Positions 24,984 through 37,601 of a stretch of 64,000 nt of DNA are shown here, one piece after another. The stretch covers positions 64,480,001 to 64,544,000 of the forward strand of contig NC_043005.1 in NCBI RefSeq assembly GCF_006345805.1. The letters are read 5' to 3'. This stretch comes from Octopus sinensis (Eukaryota). Below the pieces are notes generated by a model. That model was not told the origin of the DNA. It searched no databases and worked only from the letters and a program-made list of their open reading frames with translations. Made by a program: the position numbers and the translations under genes. Numbering within the stretch: position 1 is the first letter of the stretch; each line of letters begins with the position of its first letter.

Positions 24984-25030
24984 GAGGGGTTTCCTTCAGT
25001 TTCTGTCTACCAAATCCATTCACAAAAGCT
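24327..25030 (-). mobile_element. SINE family A, split by a palindromic insert
   Basis: 3' half 24327-24560, 5' part 24984-25030. Confidence 0.75.
24590..24794. repeat. Palindrome with arms of about 74 bp (MITE-like or PLE inverted fragment)
   Basis: Arms 24590-24664 and 24720-24794; a half copy lies at about 32047-32190. Confidence 0.8.
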
Positions 25031-25094
25031 GAATGATCATACACTGCCTTCGATGGGAGTATATTATTATCATTACTATAATTGAGTAAGAGAG

Positions 25095-25632
25095 TAATGC
25101 ATGTCATCAAAGTGATACTGGGGGTATACGAAGCACAATATACCCATCATGACTACCTGTTGGATAAGGATACTCCAGGTACATGTATCACAGTCATATG
25201 TGCACAACATGGTGATCTTGTATCAAGATAAACAGCGCATGACCTTGCAGGTGGGGCCCAGTTAGAATGTTCTTCAGATCAAGCAGCCCATCCTGTTCAG
25301 AAGGTCGCTGAATTAGGGTTGTTTAAGGATGTTGAATGAAACACCCATGTTTCCAGAGGTGAATTATTCAAACCCTAAAGAATTCCTCTCAACACATAGC
25401 TATGATGCTCCCCCAACTCCTGCCCGAGATGAGAGATGCACATAATGTCAGCCACCGAGGGACATACTGAATTGGTTAAGGTGAAACAGCCGACAAGGAA
25501 ATCTGTGGTATTGGGCAGAATATTTGCTGTAGCCTATTTTATTTTTTTTATATTCCAAGACAAAACATGTACATGATAACACTTCCAATCGGTTAAGGTC
25601 AGAAGCCATGAGAGCCAGTGCCTGGTATTGCA
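25095..25632 (-). mobile_element. Probable retroposon (SINE or LINE-UTR-like) of about 530 bp
   Basis: GC-richer block ending on the minus strand in ctctcttactcaat plus an (AAT)n-like tail. Single copy here, so the call rests on composition only. Confidence 0.35.
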
Positions 25633-25648
25633 TCAGGGCATAGGTTGT

Positions 25649-25688
25649 TGCTGTTGTTATTGTCATCATCACCACCACCACCACCACC

Positions 25689-25722
<34 letters not shown>

Positions 25723-25737
25723 TCATCATCATTATTA

Positions 25738-25803
<66 letters not shown>
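25649..25803. repeat. Compound trinucleotide microsatellite (CAC)n-(CAT)n-(TAT)n
   Basis: Direct reading of the sequence. Confidence 0.95.
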
Positions 25804-25805
<2 letters not shown>

Positions 25806-26315
25806 ATAGTTTTATTTCTCGAAATAAACTAAACTCATGGCATCCTCAAGATGGTCTTTGTGGTATTCGCATTTACTTGCAGTATTACTAGTTAGAAACT
25901 ATATTTACCAAATCACTTACCAACCAGTTAGTTATAATATTTACTAACTGCTAACAGCTTCACCTTCCCAATAGTCAAGTATTATTTTCAAACTTCACTA
26001 GTGTTAAAGAAAATAAGCACTAATGACATACAAGACTAATTTCAACAGAGCATACTTCTCTTCTATAAATGGCCTCGTACTTCAAAACTAAATCATCGTT
26101 ATTGTGGTGATTGTAGTAGTAGTAGTAGGCTGATAGTCAATATAGTGCAGCTGCAAAATGTCGACTAACAGAGTCATCAATACTAGTTTGCTGCCCAGGT
26201 GGACATGTGCTGCTGCTGTGTCAGTAATGAATACTACAAATTCCTGTGTATTTATGGATATAATTACAATGTTCTGTTTTTAGAATGATTTATAATTAGA
26301 AAAGTATTAATATGT

Positions 26316-26712
26316 AGGTGCAGGTATGGCTGTGTGGTATGATGTTTGCTTCCAAATAGCATGGTTCTGGGTTCAGTCCCATTGCATGGAACCTTGAGCA
26401 GGTGTCTTCTACTATACCCTTGGGAGGACTAAACCCTGTAAGTGGATCTAGTTGATAGAAACTGAAAGAAGCCTGTCATATATGTGTGTGTGGGTATGTT
26501 TGTGTCTGTTTGTCCCCCATCATCACTTGACAACCAGCGTTAGTATGTTTATGTCCCTGAACTTAGCAGTTCGGCAAAAGAGACTGATAGAATAAATACC
26601 AGGCTTAAAAAAAAGAAAATAAGCACTGGCAGCAATTAGTTTGACTAACATTCTTCAAGTTGATGCCCCAGCATGGCCACACTCTAATGACTGAAACAAG
26701 TAAAAGAAAAGA
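26316..26712 (+). mobile_element. SINE family A (diverged)
   Basis: Match to family A head, body and tail. Confidence 0.75.
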
Positions 26713-27036
26713 AGAAAGAAAAAGAAGTAATTTGTTCAGTGAGTATATTAAATTCAGATAAAGGAAAATGTCCCCAGGATTCCCTGAAAGGGGTGGGGGT
26801 GGTGAATCCTCAGACGATAATCAAGACCAGACTAGGGCAGTATAAAGAACTATAATTTCTGAACAACAGACTACCCTTGTGTCTGAGAACAGAGATTCAA
26901 CTCCCAGAAAGAGGAGTGAAGATTCATCAAAGACAAGATATGCCTCTCAACCAATAACTCAGAGTAGCACTCAGTGTATAAAGGTAAAGGTATCGGAATA
27001 CCTGGGCCATGACAAAATCTACAGTGCCAAGTATAT

Positions 27037-27266
27037 ATCTCTTTACTACCCACAAGGGGCTAAACATAGAGGGGACAAACAAGGACAGACAAAGGGATTA
27101 AGTCGATTACATCAACCCCAGTGCGTAACTGGTACTTAATTTATCGACCCCGAAAGAATGAAAGGCAAAGTCGACCTCGGCGGAATTTGAACTCGGAACA
27201 TAACGACAGACGAAATACAGCTATGCATTTCACCTGGCGTGCTAACGTTTCTGCCAGCTCGCCGCC
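27037..27266 (-). mobile_element. SINE family B (young)
   Basis: Perfect 18-bp TSD ctacagtgccaagtatat at 27019-27036 and 27267-27284. Confidence 0.9.
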
Positions 27267-27766
27267 CTACAGTGCCAAGTATATCCAAGCAAATGAAGCT
27301 TCTGTTGAGATGCAAACTGGATGTCCTAGAATCAAATTTCCTCCAGCAAGCAAAGCAGGAGCCAAGACTAAGCTTGATGGTACAATTCACCAAAACACTG
27401 AAGGAAAAACTGGAAGCGTGTAGAAATATTATATAGCATTTCAAAAACAGCAGGAGGACACCTGCATTCTGGAGTTCTTCCTTTGAACAGGTGTCCTGCT
27501 GTCCACTTGCCCCATAGTGTATATCCACTTACCTGCATACAATTGTTAGCAGGGAGGAAGAGAAATACAAGCGTATCATATTTAATTTTGCAAGTTATGA
27601 ATAGACTGAGGAAGCCTCTAAGAAGAGGTAAAATGCTTCCAGAAGTTTCTTTCACATTATTGGACACCCACTCATATCATTATTTGTGGACAACTGTGTT
27701 TGTCATTATACTTTGGTTGTTTAATGTCGTACACAACTAATTACATACAAATACACACTCATATGT

Positions 27767-28272
27767 GGAGGCACAATGGTCCAGTGGTTAGGACAGTGGA
27801 CTCGCGGTCGTAGGATCGTGGTTTCGATTCCCAGACCAGGCATTGTGAGTGTTTATTGAGCGAGAACACCTAAAGCTCCATGAGGCTTCGGCAGGGGGTG
27901 GTGGTGAACCCTGCTGTACTCTTTCACCACAACTTTCTCTCACTCTTTCTTCCTGTTTCAGTTGTACCTGTATTTCAAAGGGCCAGCCTTGCCACACTCT
28001 GTGTCACACTGAATTTCCCCGAGAACTACGTTAAGGGTACACATGTCTGTGGAGTTCTCAGCCACTTGGATATTAATAAATGAGCTACGACATCACTGGT
28101 GCTAAGCTGTATCGGCCTTTGCCTTTCCCTTGGAAAACATTGGTGCCATGAAGAGGGGAGGCCAGTATGCATGGGCGACTGCTGGTCTTCCATAAACCAC
28201 CTTACCCAGACTTGTGCCTGGGAGGGTAACTTTCTAGTTACAATCCCACGGTCAGTCATGACCGAAGGGGAT
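27767..28272 (+). mobile_element. Chimeric SINE: family C 5' part plus family D 3' part
   Basis: 27767-28075 matches 58781-59166; 28080-28272 matches the reverse complement of 21745-21960. Confidence 0.75.
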
Positions 28273-28805
28273 CACACAGTCACACACACTCACACTCGCA
28301 TGCACTCACACACACACACACTCGCATGCACTCACATGCACACATTCATTTGATTTATTATCACTTCTCTGTGCTCGCAAGGGCTGCACAAATACACTTA
28401 TACAAATACAATTATACAAATGATTGCAGATGTACACAAACACACAAAAAATACATGCGTTTGTATATAAGTATGTAGATGTGTATGGCGTCAGACAAGT
28501 GAAAACACATTACTAAAAAAAGTGTAGAATTATAAATCATCAACATAGCAAACAAACAAATAAATGTACAATGAACTTAAATATGTCAAAAGAAGAAGCA
28601 GAAGAGTATCTAATGTTTCAGGTGTTCCTTTTTACCAAAGAGAAGAAAAAGGATTAAGAGAGGCAAGAGAAAGAGGAAAATACACATAATACCTAATTAT
28701 TCAAGACATCTGTTAACATGGGTGGTCTAAGATTGAATATTTATACATGTACATATATAGGGATGTAATAAACACACACACACACGTATATATATATATA
28801 TTCAC

Positions 28806-28806
<1 letters not shown>

Positions 28807-28881
<75 letters not shown>

Positions 28882-28882
28882 G
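28807..28882. repeat. (GATA)n microsatellite
   Basis: Direct reading of the sequence. Confidence 0.95.
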
Positions 28883-29622
28883 GAGAGATAAACAGACAGA
28901 TAGATAGGTGGACAGAGACAGACAGACAGACAAGCAGGCAGGTAGGCAGTTAGATATACACATATACACTCATTCCTACAACCTGTCCCACACCACACCT
29001 CTGACCACTGTTTCAGCATTGCTATTCTGCTACTCACCACTGTCAATCATTTCCTACAGCCCCTCCCCACCATCAATCCCAGGGCTCCACTTGATCACTC
29101 CCACACTTGCTTCTAAAATGTGAGTAGTCATGTAGCTACTTTTATAAAAAAAAACCTGTCCTGCTCTGGCCCCTCCTCTCATACCTCTACCCACCATTTG
29201 CCATTTTGTCTCCTAGCATAAAGTTGCCCTACTCTCATCCCAAGATTTACAGTCTTACAAAATGCATAACATTCTCGCTAGTGTTGGTTGCAAGGAAAAT
29301 GCCTCCAGTACATGACATAAAGTTGTTGATTTTCCAAAGGGCATATTACCATAGAAACCATGCCAAAGTAGACATTGGAGCATGATACAGTTCTTGGGCC
29401 CATTGGATTCTGTCAAACCATCCAATCTATACCAGCATGGGATATGGATGTTAATTCATTCGCCCTTCATTTTTTCCCTTTCAATCCTTTCTGTCAAAGA
29501 GCATAGGCTCAAAATGTCGAAAACTTTTCCAATCTTCCCAAGCATTAAACTAATACACCTGCTTGTTGATCCTTCACCTGTCTTCAACTTTTGCTTTTGT
29601 TTGCTATAAATTTGAACTATAT

Positions 29623-29673
<51 letters not shown>

Positions 29674-29915
29674 CATACATGTGTGTGTGTGTGTGTGTGA
29701 CAAGACATTCTACCCATTACTCTAACAACTCTGTTTATACATACATGTGCATGCACATACAGATTTATTTCTATAACCTCATGTGCATTTATTGGACTAT
29801 TCTTTTCTCTTTCTGATGAACAGTCATGCTCAAAACACACACCCTCCTTTTTCCATCTTAAACTGAATGTCAACCTCATACATTCACTTACAACTCTAAT
29901 TTGTTATATATATAT

Positions 29916-29961
<46 letters not shown>

Positions 29962-29965
<4 letters not shown>

Positions 29966-30140
29966 TAATCCAGACATGAAAACACAAAGAAAAAACACAA
30001 CAACGCGAGGACATGAAACAAATATAGTATTATCGGACGCTCAGGAAGGAAGAGCAGAAGGAGGGTTTTACGTTTCAAGCGGAGATCTTCGTCAGAATCA
30101 TAGGAAAAGGAAAGATCCAGAGAAGGGAAGACGGAATTAT
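29962..30140 (-). mobile_element. Penelope-like pseudo-LTR fragment with hammerhead ribozyme motif
   Basis: Abuts (TA)n 29905-29961. Minus strand reads GATT CTGACGA A GATC-TCC-GCTT GAAAC GTA AAAC. Confidence 0.65.
30065..30099 (-). ncRNA. Minimal type I hammerhead ribozyme motif (PLE type), helices degenerate
   Basis: Intact core CUGACGA...GAAAC-GUA. Helix I GAUU/AAAC and helix II GAUC/GCUU each contain one mismatch. Confidence 0.6.
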
Positions 30141-30143
30141 ATA

Positions 30144-30351
30144 CAGTGCTGGATTTAGGACAAATGAGGCCCTGTGCTTGTTGAGTTATGAGGCACCTTA
30201 TTTGGAGCATTTGACATTTGAGGCCCCTTATTTGAGTGTTTGACATTTGAAAACTTCATCATAAAATATTTGGTGGGCAGGAAGAGGGGGCCTCTGGTGA
30301 ATAGGTGCCTGTGCTTAAGCACATCTAAGCACAATGGTAAATCTGGCACTA
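30144..30351. mobile_element. hAT-like MITE
   Basis: 14-bp imperfect TIRs CAGTGCTGGATTTA / TAAATCTGGCACTA; no matching 8-bp TSD. Confidence 0.6.
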
Positions 30352-30379
30352 CACACACACACACACACATACATATATA

Positions 30380-31996
30380 CAGTTGCGGCCAAAATGTTCA
30401 GAACGGCATTGTTTTCGTCAGAAAAGTAGATATAATTTTTCATCAAAGTTGTTTTATATTCTATAATTTTCACAGACAATAAATACAATATTATTTGTTA
30501 TTGTCTGAGATTTAGGTGTAATTTGAGAGGATAACACAAAAGTTATGGATGATTTAGTGATTTACTGCAAAACCCATGGCGGCCAAAATGATCAGAACGG
30601 TTGAAAAAATAACAAAATGATCAAAAATGACAGAGAATACTGGAATTATTTAATATTTAGTGTGAAGCCCTTTAACTTCAATCACACTCTGACATCTTCG
30701 ACTGCATGAGGAAATTAAATTTTCAATTTATTGCTGGGTGATCTTATTCCATTCTTCCTGAAGGGCATTCCATAATTGCTCTGTTGTTTTAGGATTTCTG
30801 GCTTTCAAACGTTCTCCTAGAATATTCCACACATCTTAGGATTGAGATCTGGGCTTTGAGCTGGCCAATCTGTAACAATAACCTTTTCAGCCTTGAGGAA
30901 GTTCATGACCACCGTAGCCTTGTGACATGGGGCATTGTCCTGCATGAATATGGGTGGTCGCTTAGTTGAATTTCTCAGCACAGGCAAGACATGATCTTTT
31001 ACAAGTTGTTTATAAACTCCTGCATTTTACTTTCCATGTAATCGCACCAAAGGGCCCACACCATCTCCTGATATCATTCCCCAAACCATGACACTTCCTC
31101 CACCGAATTTAACACTAGTCTTAAGGCATTTAGGCAACAATTTTTCACCTACTTTTCTACGAACGTACCTTCTAAGCCAAATAGCATAAACTTAGATTCA
31201 TCACTGAAATGCACCATTTGCCATTTTTCTTGAGACCACAACACATGTTCAGTTACAAAGGTAAGATGACACTTTTTATTCTTGGAGCTGATCAGTGGCT
31301 TCACTGCAGGTGCTCTTGCTTGTAGGTCATGTTCAACTAAACGACGAGACACAGTTTTTCGAGATAAAGTTTTCTTCAATACAATGCTCATTTTCGAGAA
31401 ACAGCAGCACCAGTTTTAAATCTGTCCTTTTTAACCAACTTTACCATAGCACGATCTTCTTTCTTGGTCGTTTTTCTTGGCCTACCTGTAAACTTTCTTG
31501 CTTCACACAAACCACAATCATCGTAGACCTTAAGAATACCATGTACAACACTTTTTGACTTGTTAACAATCTTTGTAATAGATCCAATACTTAAATTATC
31601 CTTCCTTCGAAGCTTAATAATCTGCTGACGAATTGGTAACGGAATAAGTGGCATTATATTAACAAAGTACACTGCAAATATTCTTACTAATGTTTAGTAA
31701 ACGAACCGTCACATAAACAAATTCAAAACATTAGAGTTCGCCGGTTAAATATACTAAAACACGGAGTAAAAGCAAGCGTTCAGATCATTTTGGCCGCCAT
31801 GGGTTTTGCAGTAAATCACTAAATCATCCATAACTTTTGTATTATTCTCTCAAATTACACCAAAATCTCAGGCAATAGCAAATAATATCGTATTTATTGT
31901 CTGTGAAAATTATAGAATACAAAACAACTTTGATAAAAAATTATATCTACTTTTCTGACGAAAACAATGCCGTTCTGAACATTTTGGCCGCAACTG
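30380..31996 (-). mobile_element. Near full-length Tc1-family DNA transposon with IR/DR ends (1617 bp)
   Basis: TA|CAGTTGCGGCC...GGCCGCAACTG|TA; TIRs of about 220 bp, each with outer and inner GCGGCCAAAATG(T/A)TCAGAACG repeats. Confidence 0.93.
30650..31654 (-). pseudogene. Tc1 DD34E-type transposase, frameshifted
   Basis: Fragments in different frames: MPLIPLPIRQQ...GRPRKTT, VHFSDESKF, KFGGGSVMVWG, FMQDNAPCH, DWPAQSPDLNP, ending KGLHTKY-stop. Confidence 0.9.
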
Positions 31997-32185
31997 TATA
32001 TATGTGTGTGTGTGTGTGTGTAGTGCCAGATTTATAATTTTTATTATTAAAATTATAATTTAGGGTATCTAAGAGATACCACCACGATGGAAATAGCAGC
32101 CAAAAACCTGACTCTAAAATCACATTAAATGTTCATACACCACCAGTGCTGTATTAATATTTAAATTAACTATCTTATCCTTAGT

Positions 32186-32257
<72 letters not shown>

Positions 32258-32750
32258 GTATGTATATGTATATATGTAAAACAAGACTGACTCATATAAT
32301 CAGAATGTATCTTTATGTTACTATAAGATAACCAAAATTTTGTGTTTTATGCTATTATTTGAAAAACAAATACTTTGGAAAAGAAAGCACTTAATTAACC
32401 CCCTAATTACAATCATTGTAATGACCACTCCACCCTAAAACTACAAACTGACCTAGTTGTCACATTGAACAAGAGGGACATCTTCAGAAATACCAGTTCT
32501 AATGAAGTGTTCTCCTCAAGTATTTTCAGACAGGTCACAAATAAATGTTTGGGGTATGTAAATAAAAAGAAACACTCGTCTATTGCAATCAGAGAATGTT
32601 GTTAAGTTGCTGAGGTGGTTGTTACTGGAGCTACATAAAATTTTGGTAAACTATAATTATGCTAGCTACAATGACAAATGTAATGTAAGCAGAGGAGAAA
32701 AGTAAATATGTAGAAAGGTTAAAAAAAAGGTGAAGTTATGCTGAAGACAT

Positions 32751-32782
<32 letters not shown>

Positions 32783-32844
32783 ATGTATGTATACAATGTG
32801 TGTATAATATATATGTATATAATGTGTGCATGTGTGTGTATTTG

Positions 32845-32924
<80 letters not shown>

Positions 32925-32999
32925 ATATGTTTTTTATTGTGTGTGTGTGTGTGTATATGTATCATCATCGTCGGCATTGTCATTTAACATCCGCTTTCC

Positions 33000-34900
33000 A
33001 CCAAACCTTCTATTAGACTGATCTGCCCCACTAAATCAGAATTAGTATAAGCATTATTGACTAAATTCAACCCCTAGTTAGGACTAAGGTTAACCTTCCA
33101 TTTTGGAATTGCACTGGTGATGTCATCACCTGGTTCCACTCTCTTCTTGATAAACAGTACACCTATTTCCTTCAGTTTGACACCTTTAATTACTATTCTT
33201 CCATATCACATATTCTTTTAAATAAAGCCTTAATCTTCACTTTAACTTATGCACTTATTTCTTAATCTGACATTAACATCATCCTGGCTGCTAGGAAAAC
33301 ACTGATTCACTTTAAGGGTAATTACTGGACCTGCAACTCATCTATCAATTTCTTCGATATAACCATGGGCTCCTCTGACCCAGCTCAGTTGACTTATTCC
33401 TTCTGTCCTAAATTAAACAAGACTTCTCCAATCTTTGGAGGGCTCTAGAAGGATGATACACTCCTTACAGCAACTGGATAATCTTGATCTTTTGTTGAAC
33501 GTACTAAGAAAGCCATGCATAAACATTTTTAAAATTATAATCCAATTATCTCATTCAAAAATGACACTAAAGTGGCCCATTTCTTAGATGTTACTCTGGA
33601 TTTAAATACAAATCTATATCACCCTTTTCATAAGCCCAACTAACCATTACAATATATTGACATCCTACCAAACCAACTTAAACTTACCCTTAATAGTACA
33701 GTCACAAACATTTCTGCCAGAATCTCTAACTTACCTGCTAACAAAGAAATTTTTAGCAGTCATGCCCCATATTATAATCAGGCTCTCCAGATAAGCGGCT
33801 TCCATGAAAAAATTTCTTATATCTCCCACACTACACTTAAATCAAAAATTGTATATCTCTTCCCTAATTCTAACCCTGAATCCACCGATCTTTCTTCCGC
33901 TCAACAACAATCCATCAGCCCTCTAAAATACTTCCTATGCATCACACTTGACAACACTAACAGCCACCTCAAACCTATAATAACTACAAAGCTGCCTATC
34001 TAGACCCACCCACTTGAAACATTCTAAGGGCAGGAAGCACAAGATTCTATGGTTCACCTATTTCTCCTTCCAAATTAAATCTCTACTCAGGCGTTTCTTT
34101 AAAATCCTCAACTCTAACTTCCCACCACAGCATAAATACTACCCTATCTTCAATAAAGCATCTGTTAAAATCTATTCTACCATGCCTAATTTGGGATCCA
34201 TAACTGCATCCGTTAACAAACTACAGTACCCATCCTTACAATCTTTAATCTATCTCACTTCACCCCACCTTAACCCACCTAGTGACAATAATACAACCCT
34301 TAGTGACCCCACTCAATTCAATAACAACAACCTTAAGGCATCTCCCCACAGTACTACCCATATGATCAAATATACTAGCTGTGATACCCCCTCCCAATCC
34401 AACACTGATACTGATTATACCTCCAGTTTTTCTTTAGTAATATAGACCAAAGGAACCTGACCTCCCCATCAGTAAACTCAAAGCAAGGAGTAAGCAGGAA
34501 AACTTCCAACTGCGGGGTTTCTCAAATCTGCCCTCTTGGAGGTTTCTATTGGTGCAAAAATGTAGTCTGCAAATGCTGACTTAAGGCACCATGCTCCTAC
34601 CAAGCAAGGGTTTGTATCAGCAGCATTGTTGATTTCAAGTGGTGCTACTGAGCACACATGAACTCTTTCTCCAATCCAAATTCTAAATTATCTACCTACT
34701 TAGCAATTTATATACACAACTTCAAATCCTAAAATGCTCCTCATACCCCACCCTGGTCCATCATAAATTAGGTCACCACATATAACACAAACCTTGGTAA
34801 TTGTAAATTGTGTTTAAGAGAATCACTAACCATCCTTCACAACCACAACCCCTCACTACCAAATAGATTCTCAAATGTAATACTCTCTTGTAAATACAGG
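33000..34900 (+). mobile_element. Degenerate EN+ Penelope-like retroelement (RT plus C-terminal GIY-YIG remnants)
   Basis: Manual translation: RLICPTKSEL, WFHSLLDKQ..FLQFD, FFDITMGS, GL*KDD (33446-33457), HFLDVTLDLNTNLYHPFHKP, KILWF..FPPQHKY..IFNK..VKIYS.MPNL, PWSII..YNTNLGNCKLCLRE; many stops and frameshifts. Confidence 0.75.
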
Positions 34901-35659
34901 TGCTATTCATCCTTTGCCCATTTTGTCAAATCTATGTAATCCCATAACTATAATTATCCTTAATTATAATTAACCTTGGAATACAACTAGAAACTTAACC
35001 CCCTCCATTAATACCACCCTTCCTACTAAATTATTCCTTCTCATGATTACCTTTTTAAATTCCTCTCACCCTCCCCATCCCCAGAAGTGGCGTTCTTTTC
35101 CCATTCTTTCATTCTTCTTCTTCAGGCAAAAGCACTTGAAGCTACTCCACTCAATTAGCTGCTAACATATTAACCTCTCCCTCCCTCCCTATTCACTTCC
35201 CTCTATTCAATTTCATACACCTCTGCATACCTCAGTACTCCTATTACCAACCCACTTTCATTATTGTACTAACCACTGCTATCTTGACCACCAACTCACG
35301 CCCCCCCAACCCCACTCTGTCCACTTCCCTCTATCTTCTCTCATACCTTTCTACATACCATAGTAATCTCCCACCACCACTGAATTAGACACTTTCCATC
35401 TCTCAAATAATTGCCATCCCTTTTCTCACTATCTCAACTTCCAGTAATTCTATAGCTATTATCTCTAAACCTTGACACCTATTCACAAACCCAACAACTG
35501 ACCACCCTCCAATTACCACCCAATGCTCTGCCCTCTACTACCACCTACCCCATAGAGGAAGTAAAAGAATAAGAGAGAGAAAGAGAGAAAAACGAAAGAG
35601 TAAAAAGATCATATAGACTGCGCATCAGAATTAGGATAAGACCTCACACCCTAGGCCCT

Positions 35660-37447
35660 TTTGTCACACTTAAATTCAGTATGTCACACACTAAGACAAC
35701 TCAATGTAGTTATATGTACTACATATCACCCTCCAGATGCTCCAAATCATGCAGACAAGTTCGAAGACTGCCTTACAAAAATAGAAGTTCTTGTTACATT
35801 AGAACAACACATATGTGTACTTTTTATGGGAGACTTCAATCTGCCCAATATTGGATGGCCTGAGGGTCTTTCTCTCCCAGGAATGGCTCTTTGCGAACAA
35901 GAGCAGGTGAAGTCCCTCCTGAACCTCATCGACACTTTGTACAAGGAACAAATAGTACTCCAACCAACCAGGGCAGGTAACATACTGGATCTCTGCTTCA
36001 CAAATAATATGGATCTCATCCATAATGTGAAAGTGACATCGACGCTACTCTTGGATCACAACATGGTAGAGCTGACCATGTACAAACCAAAGGAAAGCAT
36101 GGACATGCAGCCTATAAGAAACTCTCAGAATCTTTCCAGCTTGAACTTCCATAAGGCAAACTAGAAACAAATTGAGAAAGTGATCCTCAAACAAAACTAG
36201 CCTAAATGTCTCTCCTCACTGTAATGCAAGTCATATGCTACAAACGTGTCCTGGATAGAAAGGCCACTGTACACAAGAGCAAAATCCCCAGGGTGAGGAA
36301 AATTCTTATGGGACAGCATACAAAAATTTCAAATCACGTATACAGACAAATTGAAAGCAGTGAAAAATCCCAATTGAAAATAGAACTGCTGGAGATTGAA
36401 AAGAATCTGCAACATTCCCATGAAAAAGAAAGAGCAGACAAAAGAAGTCTGAGCTATAGACAATATAAAATCTAACCCTAGAGCCTTCTACAAGTTTACC
36501 AAAGAAACAGCCTCAGTGCACTGCAGAGTAGGGCCACTCCTCAAAAAAAGATGGTTCACTCAGAGGAAACCCAATCAGGATAAGTTTAATGCTGAAAAGT
36601 TTCAAGCCTTGTGCTCTCATCATGCCAAACTAAATGCAATACCAATTAAATACACTGGACCTGAAGAGATTGCAATCCCAGAGACACAGTCAGTGTGAGA
36701 CCTGGGCATTTATCTGAGTAATAATGCATCCTTCCATGTGAATGTTGTTAAGTTGGCAATGAAATGCAAGCGGCTGAATGGATGGATTCTTAGAACTTTT
36801 AGAATGAAAGATCAGGAATTCATGATGGTCCCCTGGAGAACACTTGTCCTAAGCTGCTTTGACTATTGTTACCAGCTGTGGTCACCAACCAGTGTAAAAT
36901 TAATTGCAGAACTTGAGGCAATCTAATGAAGATACACAAAGAAAATAGTCTCTATGCAGCATATGAGCTTCTAGGAAAGACTCAAGAGATTAAGACTCTA
37001 TTCCTTAGAATGCAGGCAAGAAAGACAAGCTATAATATATATCTGGAAGATCCTAGAGAGATTTGTCCCAAACTTTGGCATCAAAAGTTACCCTAATGCT
37101 AGAACAGGGTACCACTGACTCCAACTTTGCCATCAAAATATAGGAAACGATATTGCAACAGCCTGGGCTTTAGAGGCTCACGGCTCTTCAATATCCTACC
37201 GAAGGACATGAGAGACCTATATGAGGGAGGGAGATGTAAGTGTCTTCAAAACGAAACTAGATCTTTTACTGTCAAGTGTCCCAGATGAACCAACTTCACA
37301 GCAGGAAGTCCAAATGATGGCAGTGGCATCACACTCCCTCATGTACCAAACACGTTGATTTCTAAAAACAATTAGTGAAGTAAAAATTATGCAGCAACAC
37401 CAAATGGCAATGCCCCACCATGGCCACAGCTCGTGAGCTGAAACTAG
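35660..37447 (+). mobile_element. Degenerate, internally deleted CR1-group LINE (APE endonuclease, RT C-terminus, 3' tail)
   Basis: VICTTYHPPD...FMGDFNLPNIGW...QPTRAGNILDLCFTN (APE); KRLNGWILRTF...WRTLVLSCFDYCYQLWSP (after RT). Confidence 0.8.
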
Positions 37448-37457
37448 TTCAATTCAA

Positions 37458-37545
<88 letters not shown>

Positions 37546-37568
37546 TATATATATGCAAATACATACAT

Positions 37569-37601
<33 letters not shown>

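Noticed and set aside
26879-27423. ORF of about 100 aa apparently interrupted by the young SINE B
   Set aside because: The rejoined peptide has no recognisable motif or splice support; likely chance or retroelement debris
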